Positions 1 to 7,860 are shown, counted from the stretch's first letter. The stretch: DNA of 64,000 nt from an uncultured virus (IMG/VR IMGVR_UViG_3300021519_000008) (IMGVR_UViG_3300021519_000008:1-64000); one strand, 5' to 3'. Numbers and translations: made by a program. The notes: generated by a model not told the origin, from the letters alone.

Positions 1-516
1 ATTTAAATCTAAGTAGTGTACGAAGATGTGATAGTCATTAAGAATCTCATTTTCTACAGCTTTGTCTGTCTTGAATACATACTTAATAGGATAGTATTCC
101 ATCATAAGTTGACCTTTCTCTGAAGTCAGGTACTTAGGAGGAGTTCCTGTTAAGCCTAAGATTCTTCCTCTGTAGTTAATAAGAAAAGGTAAAGCAGTCG
201 CTTTAAGAGAGTGTGCTTCATCTAAGATAACAATATCATACTCCTCAGGATTGTGCTTAGTTAAAGAAAGATAAGTAGAGAATGTAATCCTATCTAGGAG
301 TTCTTCTACTTCAAACTTCTTAGCGTCATCAATCCAAGACTTAAAGATATCTACCTTAGGAGCTACTACTAGCACTTTATAAGTATCAGGTAAGACAGTT
401 ATGTAGTCTAATCCTACTTTTGTCTTACCTGCACCTGTTGCCAGTTGTAATCCACTTCTTTTAAATTGCATGGCTTCTTTTAAAGCCTGATGTTGTACTA
501 GGTCTCTTGTTATCAT
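1..516 (-). CDS. Superfamily 2 (DEAH-box) helicase, N-terminal part, runs off the window start
   Basis: Manual translation from ATG at 516: Walker A LATGAGKT, Walker B IILDEAH, motif III LGLTGTP. Not in the ORF track because the stop lies outside the window. Confidence 0.9.
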   Translation of the reverse strand, partial: MITRDLVQHQALKEAMQFKRSGLQLATGAGKTKVGLDYITVLPDTYKVLVVAPKVDIFKSWIDDAKKFEVEELLDRITFSTYLSLTKHNPEEYDIVILDEAHSLKATALPFLINYRGRILGLTGTPPKYLTSEKGQLMMEYYPIKYVFKTDKAVENEILNDYHIFVHYLDLN

Positions 517-1010
517 TTAAAACTCTTTAGTTTGCTTACGTAAGTAGGATCTTCTGCATAGACTCCGTCTATGTTCTTAAGATATCGCTTCTGAATGTGA
601 GCATAGCATTTGATGTTGTCTCTGTAAGAGTCGTACTTAGCATAAACTCCATGCTTACCAGCTACATGCTTACATCTGTGATAGGTAATACCAAACAAGT
701 TTTTTGCTTGGATACCTACGTTAGATTTACCATGATTGCTTTCTATTTTAGACTGTAAACATGCAACAGCAGCTAAGATGACTCCTTGATTGGTTAACTC
801 AGCTGTAATACCTGAATCATTAAGGACTATGTCTTTCTCTGTTACGATTTCTTTTACAATTTTAGTCTTGTAAATAGGTTTATCTGGGTTAGTGAATGCC
901 ATAAACAGAAGTACAGCAAAGATAACATTAATAATTAAAGAACCATAGAATAGGTTTCTGAAATTTGGCACTTTTGAAAAGCTAAGGTCTTGATTTTGTT
1001 TGTAATACAT
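513..1010 (-). CDS. Glucosaminidase-family (GH73/FlgJ-like) peptidoglycan hydrolase with N-terminal TM helix
   Basis: Motifs QSKIESNHG, KNLFGI and YAEDPTY; hydrophobic segment near residues 20-40. Confidence 0.8.
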   Translation of the reverse strand: MYYKQNQDLSFSKVPNFRNLFYGSLIINVIFAVLLFMAFTNPDKPIYKTKIVKEIVTEKDIVLNDSGITAELTNQGVILAAVACLQSKIESNHGKSNVGIQAKNLFGITYHRCKHVAGKHGVYAKYDSYRDNIKCYAHIQKRYLKNIDGVYAEDPTYVSKLKSFK

Positions 1011-1099
1011 GATTTTTAATATTATAGGTTAAACATAAATTAAGGCAACAACTATGCCAATTGGAACCTAGGGCAGGTATTTCTCCTACCCTAGATTGA

Positions 1100-1546
1100 T
1101 TAACGGACTACAATTTGGTCCTTAGTGATGATGATATTACTAGTTTTTTCGATGTGAATGATAGTTCCGTGGAAATCTATCTTAATCATAGAATTAGCTA
1201 CGCTTTCTTTGATTGTAGATAGTTTAGGAGCTACTGTAGGTGTTTGAATAGCTCCTAAAGCCATTTTATATGCTTTACGTGCTTTTTGTTTCTGCAAACG
1301 CCTTTTAGTTGCAACCATTCTTGCTGCAGGCTCACTCATTGAAATTAAACCTTGTTTAATCATTTCAGTTCTTACAAGATAAATAACACCTGCGTTTCTT
1401 AACTCAAAATACTGAGGATACTTAGCTTTTACCTCAGAAGCTTTTTTACCAGCTTTAAACTCTGTAAGTAACTCACTAATTGCCTGCTCACTAAAGTTTA
1501 ACTTGTGAAATGGCTTGTAATTGATTGTTTGTGTTTGGTTTTCCAT
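1100..1546 (-). CDS. Hypothetical basic protein
   Basis: 148-aa ORF with A-rich leader. Confidence 0.6.
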   Translation of the reverse strand: MENQTQTINYKPFHKLNFSEQAISELLTEFKAGKKASEVKAKYPQYFELRNAGVIYLVRTEMIKQGLISMSEPAARMVATKRRLQKQKARKAYKMALGAIQTPTVAPKLSTIKESVANSMIKIDFHGTIIHIEKTSNIIITKDQIVVR

Positions 1547-1595
1547 AATTTTTTGTTTTGTGTTTTAGGTTTTTGTTTTTATTTTTGTTTTTTTG

Positions 1596-2126
1596 TTATT
1601 TTTCAAATGAATACACTATCATTGGGCTCTTGTTAGGGCTTAAATAGCGGTAGATTTCAGTTACTTTGTATCCACTAAAGTCTTCTAATAGTTTAGGAAA
1701 TACATTGTAACGAAAGTCATCAAGATCTTTAGCTCCATAGAATTTTAATTTGTTTCCAAATAATTCTCTTTTACCTTGAATGGTTAGACAAATAGTCTTA
1801 GCTGTTGAATCTTGAAAGTAAGAAATGAAGGTATTTACAAGCATTGGACTTAGATTAATACATAAGTCTAGCCATACAAAGTCATATCTGCCCTTAAGAG
1901 TGAAGACGTCTCTGTTTAAATACTCTACATTCTGTGGTTTAAATTTTCTACCACGTTTGTAAGTTTCTGTGTCTAGCTCACAACAAGTGATTTTAGCATT
2001 AGGAAACTTAGACTCAAAGAGAAAGTTGTCAGCAGGCAGGGATAATATATCCCCACCTGTGTACTTCTGACTGATAATCTCTCTGACATCTTCTTTGACT
2101 GAATAGTCTTGAAAGTTAAATGACAT
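1596..2126 (-). CDS. Putative class I SAM-dependent methyltransferase-fold protein
   Basis: ITCCELD, NRDVF and YDFVWLD resemble Rossmann MTase strands; no clear glycine-rich motif I. Confidence 0.5.
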   Translation of the reverse strand: MSFNFQDYSVKEDVREIISQKYTGGDILSLPADNFLFESKFPNAKITCCELDTETYKRGRKFKPQNVEYLNRDVFTLKGRYDFVWLDLCINLSPMLVNTFISYFQDSTAKTICLTIQGKRELFGNKLKFYGAKDLDDFRYNVFPKLLEDFSGYKVTEIYRYLSPNKSPMIVYSFEK

Positions 2127-2146
2127 AATTTATCTGTTAGTTTGTT

Positions 2147-2521
2147 TTAGTCTTGCCAATCAATTACTGATACGACTTCAAGTCGCTCAATAAAAGTCTT
2201 AAGATAGTTTTTACCTACTCTAATATTACCTAGAACAATGTCTGGTATTACTTCGTAGTCTTGAGGTACAACTACTTCTTCCCGTACAGGAATAATAGTT
2301 TGTTTAGTAGGAAGCTGAGTTAAGGTCTTTAAATACCTTTTCTCATCTAAGATAGAGTCAATGGTGAGATGTTTAAACATGTTACTGATTTCAACTTCTC
2401 TAATTCTCTCTAATTTTTTAGAAATGAATCGCTTAGTCCTTCCTTGAATAGGAAGTACATTGATAGGAGACTCAGGACTAGCTGAGTACACTTTTTCTGC
2501 TTTGATAATTCTTTTTCTCAT
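2147..2521 (-). CDS. Hypothetical protein
   Basis: 124-aa ORF co-oriented with neighbours. Confidence 0.6.
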   Translation of the reverse strand: MRKRIIKAEKVYSASPESPINVLPIQGRTKRFISKKLERIREVEISNMFKHLTIDSILDEKRYLKTLTQLPTKQTIIPVREEVVVPQDYEVIPDIVLGNIRVGKNYLKTFIERLEVVSVIDWQD

Positions 2522-2852
2522 TCTGTATAGGTTTAATTATTAGGTTCGAGATAATTTAGGATAATAAAAAAAGGAAGCTCACACTCTTCCCTTTTTACCC
2601 TAACAGATATGATTGCTTTAATATAGAAAATATGAAAAACTATAGTGTGAGTTCAGCAATAGTTTAAGATAACTAACGTTTGTTAGTTCTTGGTAGTCAA
2701 GATAAGCGCTAACCTATCTTGACTCATAAAGAGAAGCTTTAAGTTTAAAGGGTTACTGATTGAGTGCAATGAGTGACGCCTACCTACTATTAACCCTTTT
2801 TCGGTATTTAAAACACTCTACTTCTCAATTACAGCTTAACTACTTCTCTTTG

Positions 2853-3019
2853 TAACACAGACAGGAGTTGAACCTGTAAGTCATTCGTGGTTTTCTCTAA
2901 TTTACCCTTGCAAAGGTACCACATGCGTTTTACTACACCTGATGAAAATCCGCTTACCTCCTTTCATCAATATCAGCTTTGCGAGCCAATGTTAGCGTTT
3001 ACCATTTCGCCACTGTGTT
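2853..3019 (-). ncRNA. Enlarged tRNA-like RNA 1 (about 167 nt)
   Basis: Acceptor AACACAG/CTGTGTT; D-arm TG-GCG-AAATGGTAAA-CGC; T-arm ACAGG-TTCAACT-CCTGT; about 110 nt multi-hairpin insert in place of the anticodon and variable arms. Confidence 0.75.
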
Positions 3020-3109
3020 GTTTAAAAAGAAGCCCCAAAATCAGATCTTACGGTATGAAGTTGGGGACATTCTGTAGCCAAGAGATACTATCTCAAGGGT
3101 GGAACACTG

Positions 3110-3117
3110 CAAATATA
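3110..3117 (-). promoter_or_regulatory. Bacteroidota sigma-A -7 element (TATATTTG)
   Basis: Matches TAnnTTTG in intergenic DNA upstream of a hairpin RNA and tRNA-like RNA 1. Confidence 0.55.
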
Positions 3118-3163
3118 AGCTTAAATTACTATAAATCAGAGAAGAGAAAAAGGAAAGAAGGGG

Positions 3164-3478
3164 TTAATCTTCTTTCAATATTGTAATCTCTGATCCTTTG
3201 TGTATATAGATAGGTCCTATATAACCGTCTTTGATGATGTATGTTCTTTCTTCTTTTGGTAACTTATAAGAGATTATGTAGTTCCACTCAGAGAATTTGT
3301 AAACAAAGCAATCTAAGACTTTAGGAGAAGGATGTTTGCCTTCGCCTATCAGATCTTCTACAAAGATTGTATCAGATAAATTAAGAGGTAAAAATACTTC
3401 TAGGCTTCTAATAGGGAATAGTTGAGCTTTTAGGTTACTGAAGCCAGTTAAAATTAAGATTAAGAACAGTTTTTTCAT
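3164..3478 (-). CDS. Hypothetical exported protein
   Basis: Signal peptide MKKLFLILILTGFSNLKA-Q. Confidence 0.6.
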   Translation of the reverse strand: MKKLFLILILTGFSNLKAQLFPIRSLEVFLPLNLSDTIFVEDLIGEGKHPSPKVLDCFVYKFSEWNYIISYKLPKEERTYIIKDGYIGPIYIHKGSEITILKED

Positions 3479-3524
3479 AGAGTAATAATAAAAGTAAAGG
3501 GGGAGATCTCTCTCCCCTGTTTAA

Positions 3525-3866
3525 TTAGTTGAATTTAGTTGCTACTAAGTTCTCGAAGTAAACAATAGTTTCTTTAGTTGATTCTAAAGTAGCTAGAGCT
3601 ATATCCAAATACTCTTGACGAGCTTGGATAGTTCTAACGTAAGAACTATTGTCAGTAAAGACAGAAGTTGGAAAAATTGCATTGTTCAACGCTTCTTCAG
3701 CATCCTCTACTGCTGTCTCATCATCAACTAGCTTTGCCTTTAAGGCAGCTAATTGACCATTAATAGCACTAGTTGCTTTACGTTCTACCTTTGCAGCTAC
3801 AACACCTGCTTCATCACCCTTCAAACGGGCTGTTACTTCTTTGATAAAATTTGATACTTTTGACAT
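3525..3866 (-). CDS. Hypothetical coiled-coil protein
   Basis: 113-aa helical, Ala/Glu-rich ORF followed by a hairpin at about 3499-3518. Confidence 0.65.
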   Translation of the reverse strand: MSKVSNFIKEVTARLKGDEAGVVAAKVERKATSAINGQLAALKAKLVDDETAVEDAEEALNNAIFPTSVFTDNSSYVRTIQARQEYLDIALATLESTKETIVYFENLVATKFN

Positions 3867-3879
3867 ATGTTTAGGTTTT

Positions 3880-5013
3880 TTAGATTGTTGTTAATTTACT
3901 TTTAGGTTTTGCTTTAATAGTAATAGGTTTTTGTTTGTACAAAGATAAAGGATCAGTATCTATAGTTGCAATAGTACTATGAGTAGAACCATGAGCTAAA
4001 TCAAGACGTACAGGATAAACTACACCATTAGTAAAAATAGGATTACTATCTGCAGCAGCACTAGTACCTTTAATTATAAGACGCTTAGCAGGTTCTGAAC
4101 TACCTATAGCACCAGAGCTATTTGCTATGGTTCTTGAGACATCTCTAAAATCATCTACTTTACTAGGTATCCATTCTGTAATTATGTAATCAGTTACTTG
4201 AAATGTCCAGTCTTCATAGGAAAAAGAACCATTTGATCCTATACTAGATTTAGGAATTACTAATGACCAGCCTAAGTACTTATTCATTAGTCCCATACTA
4301 TTCCATCCTTTAGGAGAAGAATGCCTCCAAAGACCTTTTTCTTTAAACTGTTGTTCTGTTAAGAATTTAATGCTAACAGTTTCTTCTTTAATCTTAGGTT
4401 CAACATAGTGTTCAACTTGAGTGACTTGTAAATACCAACCTCTTCCATAAGGACAATTACCATTACAATCATTTGCTCCTATGTTTTCATCAAAAGAAAC
4501 TCCAACATGACCTTGGTGAAAATGTACAATAGTTCCGTGCTTACCAGCTCTAATACCATCAATTTCAATAGCTGTTATTCTATCTCCTAGCTTAAATCCA
4601 TGTAGATGATACTGCTCAAGTTTTTTTTCAGGTTCACAATAAGGAGCTAAGATCATTTGGTTTTCTTTACTAAAGTTACATGTGTGACCATCATCATCTT
4701 TTACAATCCAATAATCATCACCGCCATCTCTTACAATAGTAGCTTTTTTATCACGCCAGTTTCCAATATTTTGGGTAATAATCACTTTGTCCCCTACTTC
4801 AGGAGTCCAGTGAGGATAGATAGTAGACCAACTTATTTCTATATCTGTTTTAGTAGCTGGTTCATATCCTTGTCCAAAGGAGGAAGTTTGGGGCCAAGTT
4901 TTTCCATCCATAATAATTTCAAAGCGTTCTGAACTTGTTTGGATACCTATACAACCCCTATAAGCATCACTAAAAGGTGTACCAGTTACTCTAATTAGTT
5001 TTAAGTTTGCCAT
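3880..5013 (-). CDS. Hypothetical multi-module protein with SH3/KOW-like repeats
   Basis: Segments VGDKVII and FKLGDRI...GVSFDE. Confidence 0.6.
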   Translation of the reverse strand: MANLKLIRVTGTPFSDAYRGCIGIQTSSERFEIIMDGKTWPQTSSFGQGYEPATKTDIEISWSTIYPHWTPEVGDKVIITQNIGNWRDKKATIVRDGGDDYWIVKDDDGHTCNFSKENQMILAPYCEPEKKLEQYHLHGFKLGDRITAIEIDGIRAGKHGTIVHFHQGHVGVSFDENIGANDCNGNCPYGRGWYLQVTQVEHYVEPKIKEETVSIKFLTEQQFKEKGLWRHSSPKGWNSMGLMNKYLGWSLVIPKSSIGSNGSFSYEDWTFQVTDYIITEWIPSKVDDFRDVSRTIANSSGAIGSSEPAKRLIIKGTSAAADSNPIFTNGVVYPVRLDLAHGSTHSTIATIDTDPLSLYKQKPITIKAKPKSKLTTI

Positions 5014-5046
5014 AGTTTTAGTTTTTAAGTTTATTTTTAAATTTAG

Positions 5047-5118
5047 TATCCCCTGGGTGAATCGAACACACCTTTAACAGGATGAAATCCTGCTGTCCTA
5101 CCAATAGACGAAAGGGAC
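5047..5118 (-). tRNA. tRNA-Glu (TTC)
   Basis: GTCCCTTTCGTCTATTGGTAGGACAGCAGGATTTCATCCTGTTAAAGGTGTGTTCGATTCACCCAGGGGATA folds as a cloverleaf; anticodon loop ATTTCAT; one T-stem mismatch; CCA not encoded. Confidence 0.9.
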
Positions 5119-5125
5119 ATTAAGC

Positions 5126-5302
5126 TTATCTATACTCTAGGAATTCTCCGTGATAGTAACGCTTAGATTTTTTACCACAACCATGTGGTACATTTTTAGA
5201 ACTTGCACAACCCTCTAAACAAATACAAATTGTAATTATTAAAGAGAACCATACAAGGGCTTTGAAGGCAGTACTTTCGCTAAAAGGATTTTCTGGTTTC
5301 AT
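5126..5302 (-). CDS. Small putative lipoprotein/membrane protein (58 aa)
   Basis: Manual ORF MKPENPF...WFSLIITICICLEGCASS with lipobox-like LEGC. Confidence 0.5.
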   Translation of the reverse strand: MKPENPFSESTAFKALVWFSLIITICICLEGCASSKNVPHGCGKKSKRYYHGEFLEYR

Positions 5303-5394
5303 AGTCTTGAAATTACTAAGTAGTTAGCATAAGCATCTTCATAGGTCAAAGCCCAGATTCTGTAGCCGTCAATGACAAATAATTGTTTTTCCAT
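5299..5394 (-). CDS. Small hypothetical protein (31 aa)
   Basis: Manual ORF MEKQLFVIDGYRIWALTYEDAYANYLVISRL; ATGA overlap with the next gene. Confidence 0.55.
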   Translation of the reverse strand: MEKQLFVIDGYRIWALTYEDAYANYLVISRL

Positions 5395-5397
5395 TTG

Positions 5398-5604
5398 TTA
5401 AGTTGTTAAAAGGTTAAGTTCCCATTTAAGGGCATTAAAAGGATTCTCAGAGCCTACTTGATTCATTATCTCTCTTAGCTCTTGAGTATGTTCTCTAAAT
5501 TCTATTTCAGAAATAGCAGAAATCGCTTTGAGTACATCAAGTTGCATAAGTAAACGATAACCATGCTCTAGTTGATTAATCTCTTCTTGAATTAAGTCAT
5601 CCAT
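5398..5604 (-). CDS. Hypothetical protein
   Basis: 68-aa ORF tiled between neighbours. Confidence 0.55.
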   Translation of the reverse strand: MDDLIQEEINQLEHGYRLLMQLDVLKAISAISEIEFREHTQELREIMNQVGSENPFNALKWELNLLTT

Positions 5605-5607
5605 AGC

Positions 5608-5748
5608 TTATAAGAAGTGCCAGCCTTTAAAACCAGCAGAGTTAAGTCTTACCATAATTAATCTTCCTTGCTTATCGTATCCTCTTGCAAGGATCTTACC
5701 TGAAGGAATTCTAGGCTTAAGAACGCTTAGTGTCTGTTGATTAATCAT
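5608..5748 (-). CDS. Small hypothetical protein (46 aa)
   Basis: Manual ORF MINQQTLSVLKPRIPSGKILARGYD...GWHFL fills the gap exactly. Confidence 0.5.
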   Translation of the reverse strand: MINQQTLSVLKPRIPSGKILARGYDKQGRLIMVRLNSAGFKGWHFL

Positions 5749-5944
5749 TACCTTCTTCTTTAAGAGACTTAAGATAAAAGTGTCCTACTACTGTAAGTAA
5801 ACATAAAGTTAAAACTTCTGTAGTAAACACATAAGTAAAGGCTTGTGTTCCCATGCTACTAATAACATCAGGAAGAGCCATGATAAATACCATACCTGCA
5901 CATACAGCGATGACAAGTAAGAAAGTGGACGGTTTGATTTTCAT
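5741..5944 (-). CDS. Small two-TM membrane protein
   Basis: Two hydrophobic segments; AAACT-repeat leader. Confidence 0.6.
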   Translation of the reverse strand: MKIKPSTFLLVIAVCAGMVFIMALPDVISSMGTQAFTYVFTTEVLTLCLLTVVGHFYLKSLKEEGND

Positions 5945-6076
5945 ATTTTTTAGTTTTTAGTTTGTTTAGTTTGTTTAGTTAGTTTAGTTTATACTAGTTG
6001 GTATTATACCCTTAGGTATAAAAAAACTACAAGGTCCTCTAGACGTGTTAGTAGGATAAACCATACCTTGTAGTAG

Positions 6077-6212
6077 TAGTACATTTGGGACTCAAACCCA
6101 AGATAGTATCCATCAGCTCAACGATAAGCAGATACTCCCCAACATTGCAATATGTGCATTACTCTTTTTTAAATTCGTTGATTGGGAACGTGTGTCACCT
6201 CGCCTATGTACT
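6077..6212 (-). ncRNA. Enlarged tRNA-like RNA 2 (about 136 nt)
   Basis: Acceptor AGTACAT/ATGTACT; D-like arm GCG...CGT; T-arm TTGGG-TTTGAGT-CCCAA; enlarged stems CCCAA/TTGGG and AGTATC/GATACT. Confidence 0.6.
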
Positions 6213-6286
6213 ATTTAAAAAAGGCCTTTCACCTATTAGTAGCCAATAGCTGACTATACTGCATTGCTTCATCAGCACTTATGCTA

Positions 6287-6418
6287 TGCTTTACTTCCAT
6301 CTGCACTCAGTTGTAACGTGCTATCCACATTTAAGTGGCCAATACACTAGCTGGATATCCCGCTTCCTTTACAACTGCTCACCCTTTGGAAGTGAGTTAT
6401 GGTGCATTAAAGAAAGCA
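6287..6418 (-). ncRNA. Twister-type self-cleaving ribozyme (P1 type), copy A
   Basis: P1 CTT/AAG, UAA, P2 TGC/GCA, GA, pseudoknots CCA/TGG and CC/GG, P4 CTCAC/GTGAG, P5 CAGTTGTAA/TTACAACTG. Confidence 0.75.
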
Positions 6419-6602
6419 GTTTAAACACTTGCCTAGGTGTAGGATTTCATCCCATAGAGAGTTGTTTTACATTACGTATCATGGCTCACAAGCGATACAA
6501 CCTTTCCAGGAATTTAAATTTTGGGTTTTATATAAGAGTTCTGTAACGTAGAGACTCATAACTTACCGAATAGTTTTTATTAAGGTTTACTAATAACCTA
6601 TA

Positions 6603-6727
6603 GTACTTCACTCTGCATTCAGTTGTAATATCTAAAGGACACATATTTCAGCGTTAGATATTAAGAGCCCATCCTTGCTCATTACAACTGCTATCCCTTG
6701 TGAAGATAGAATGATGCATTAAAGCAA
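6603..6727 (-). ncRNA. Twister-type self-cleaving ribozyme (P1 type), copy B
   Basis: Same core with compensatory changes: pseudoknot CAC/GTG, P4 CTATC/GATAG, TC/GG. Confidence 0.75.
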
Positions 6728-7185
6728 CGAACTGAGAAGTTCGCTTAGAATCAGTTAAGGAATCATCAGGCTAATGATGATTACTACATAAGAGAAGAGA
6801 GAAGACATAAGAATAAGGGAAGGAAGGGAAAGGGTAATCCTTTAATCTCTTTTAATCTTTTTTAATCTCTTTTAAGGTTATTTAACGTAAAGTCAACAAT
6901 TTATATATAACGTAGCATTAAAACCCCACAATTACCCACTTTTAGGTGTTAAATAGAAGATTGAAGGGAGTGGTTCCCCACTATTTACCACTACATATAC
7001 CCCCCAATTGTCAGGAAAAAGTTAAACATTATGACAATTGTCTCGCAAAACACGGGGTTATGACTTACAAAAGTTAAACAAAACGTAAATTAGGTAGTTT
7101 GATGACATTAGACTGACAATATACCCGCAATATAAGAGAGAGATAAGAGAGTGATAAGAGAATTTAATTTCTCTTCTTCCCACTG

Positions 7186-7217
7186 CTGTCTGATTACTGT
7201 CTGATTACTGTCTGATT
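7186..7217. repeat. Tandem 11-bp repeat (CTGTCTGATTA, about 3 copies)
   Basis: Directly visible in non-coding DNA. Confidence 0.85.
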
Positions 7218-7245
7218 TAGGGGGTATTTCTACCCCCCTTTCAGA

Positions 7246-7785
7246 TTAATCTTGCTCTACTGCTACGCTTTCTACCACATTCTCTGTGATAGCACTGAGG
7301 TCAGTCTTCCTTACAAGGATGTCAAGCATCTCTGCATCGTAAGCACGAAGGAATGACTTACGGTAAATTGCTTTTCCGTTCTCGTCTGTTACCTTAGCAC
7401 CTGAGCGGTCTTTCTTGTAGTTACTTTCGTAGACCACAGGTTGACCTTTGTCATTACCTACAACACCTAAGGTCACTGCCTCTGCAAGTGATGTTGTTTC
7501 GATTACTTGGATACCATAGTTGTTGTTTACCAACTGTGATAGATTTACATCTAACTGAACAGGGGAGTCTTTGTCACCTGTAATAGTAGAAGCGTCCATT
7601 CCAAAAATCTTTGCGAACTTTTCTTCGCTAAAATTCTGAATGCAAGTCTTTGTCCATTCGCTACCTTTACCTGTAAAGACAGCCATAGGGTTGTTGTTGC
7701 GAATACCGCAAAGAACTGAGAGAGAGTTTGCTTTGTTGCGCCAAACGCTTAAAGCAATGATTGGAGAAATAGATGGGTTAAACAT
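7246..7785 (-). CDS. Hypothetical protein with acidic C-terminus
   Basis: 179-aa ORF followed by hairpin AGGGGGTA/TACCCCCT. Confidence 0.7.
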   Translation of the reverse strand: MFNPSISPIIALSVWRNKANSLSVLCGIRNNNPMAVFTGKGSEWTKTCIQNFSEEKFAKIFGMDASTITGDKDSPVQLDVNLSQLVNNNYGIQVIETTSLAEAVTLGVVGNDKGQPVVYESNYKKDRSGAKVTDENGKAIYRKSFLRAYDAEMLDILVRKTDLSAITENVVESVAVEQD

Positions 7786-7860
7786 AGTAAAGTAGATAGG
7801 AGGAAATCACAACCAAGCAAGGAAGGAGGAGACCACGTTAAATAAGGAAAAGAAGAAGCA

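Noticed and set aside
2853..3019. tmRNA or intron-containing tRNA
   Set aside because: It has a full D-stem, is far shorter than tmRNA, has no tag ORF, and the insert is too small for a group I intron
6222..6290. Possible hammerhead ribozyme (CTGATGA ... GAAA on the minus strand)
   Set aside because: Stem II does not close directly between the two core elements, and no NUH with stems I/III could be built
6286..6546. Plus-strand 86-aa ORF (also 2887-3186, 4657-4932, 8216-8491, 8971-9207)
   Set aside because: Antisense to RNA elements or real genes; no protein-like features
6760..6782. CTGATGA hammerhead core
   Set aside because: It is one arm of a simple hairpin (AATCATCA/TGATGATT) with no GAAA partner
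7131..7217. CRISPR-like array
   Set aside because: Repeats are 8-11 bp and tandem, without unique spacers
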